A DNA stretch of 64,000 nt from Eledone cirrhosa (taxonomy: Eukaryota): NCBI GenBank assembly GCA_964016885.1, contig OZ024764.1, positions 5,766,001 through 5,830,000 on the forward strand, read 5' to 3'. The notes under the pieces are model-generated. The model searched no databases. It saw nothing but the letters and a program-made list of their open reading frames with translations, and was not told the DNA's origin. Position 1 is the stretch's first letter. Every line of letters starts with the position of its first letter. The translations under genes were made by a program, and so were the position numbers. This document shows positions 63,995-64,000 of the stretch, piece by piece.

Positions 63995-64000
63995 AAATAG

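Overview
Eukaryotic, repeat-saturated animal DNA. The SINE and RTE families and the (TA)n/(ATG)n tails suggest a cephalopod, probably an octopod; this is an inference. The minus strand carries the 3' ten coding exons of an LZTR1 orthologue (BTB-BACK-BTB-BACK half, 62828 to stop at 28793), with GT-AG junctions and consistent phases; the Kelch exons lie beyond the window. A second, unidentified minus-strand gene probably starts near 16.6 kb, with a candidate coding exon at 12360-12446. The most notable non-obvious signal is a dense cluster at 11.7-18.5 kb of minimal type I hammerhead ribozyme motifs (CUGAnGA...GAAA...AUA). Seven have intact cores and several more are decayed. They have palindromic stem III regions and sit in fold-back inverted repeats separated by (TA)n, as in Penelope-like element termini. 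Almost all long ORFs in the track are artefacts of tandem repeats. Most of these repeats are amplified pieces of LINEs or SINEs, and one is an amplified LZTR1 intron/exon junction.
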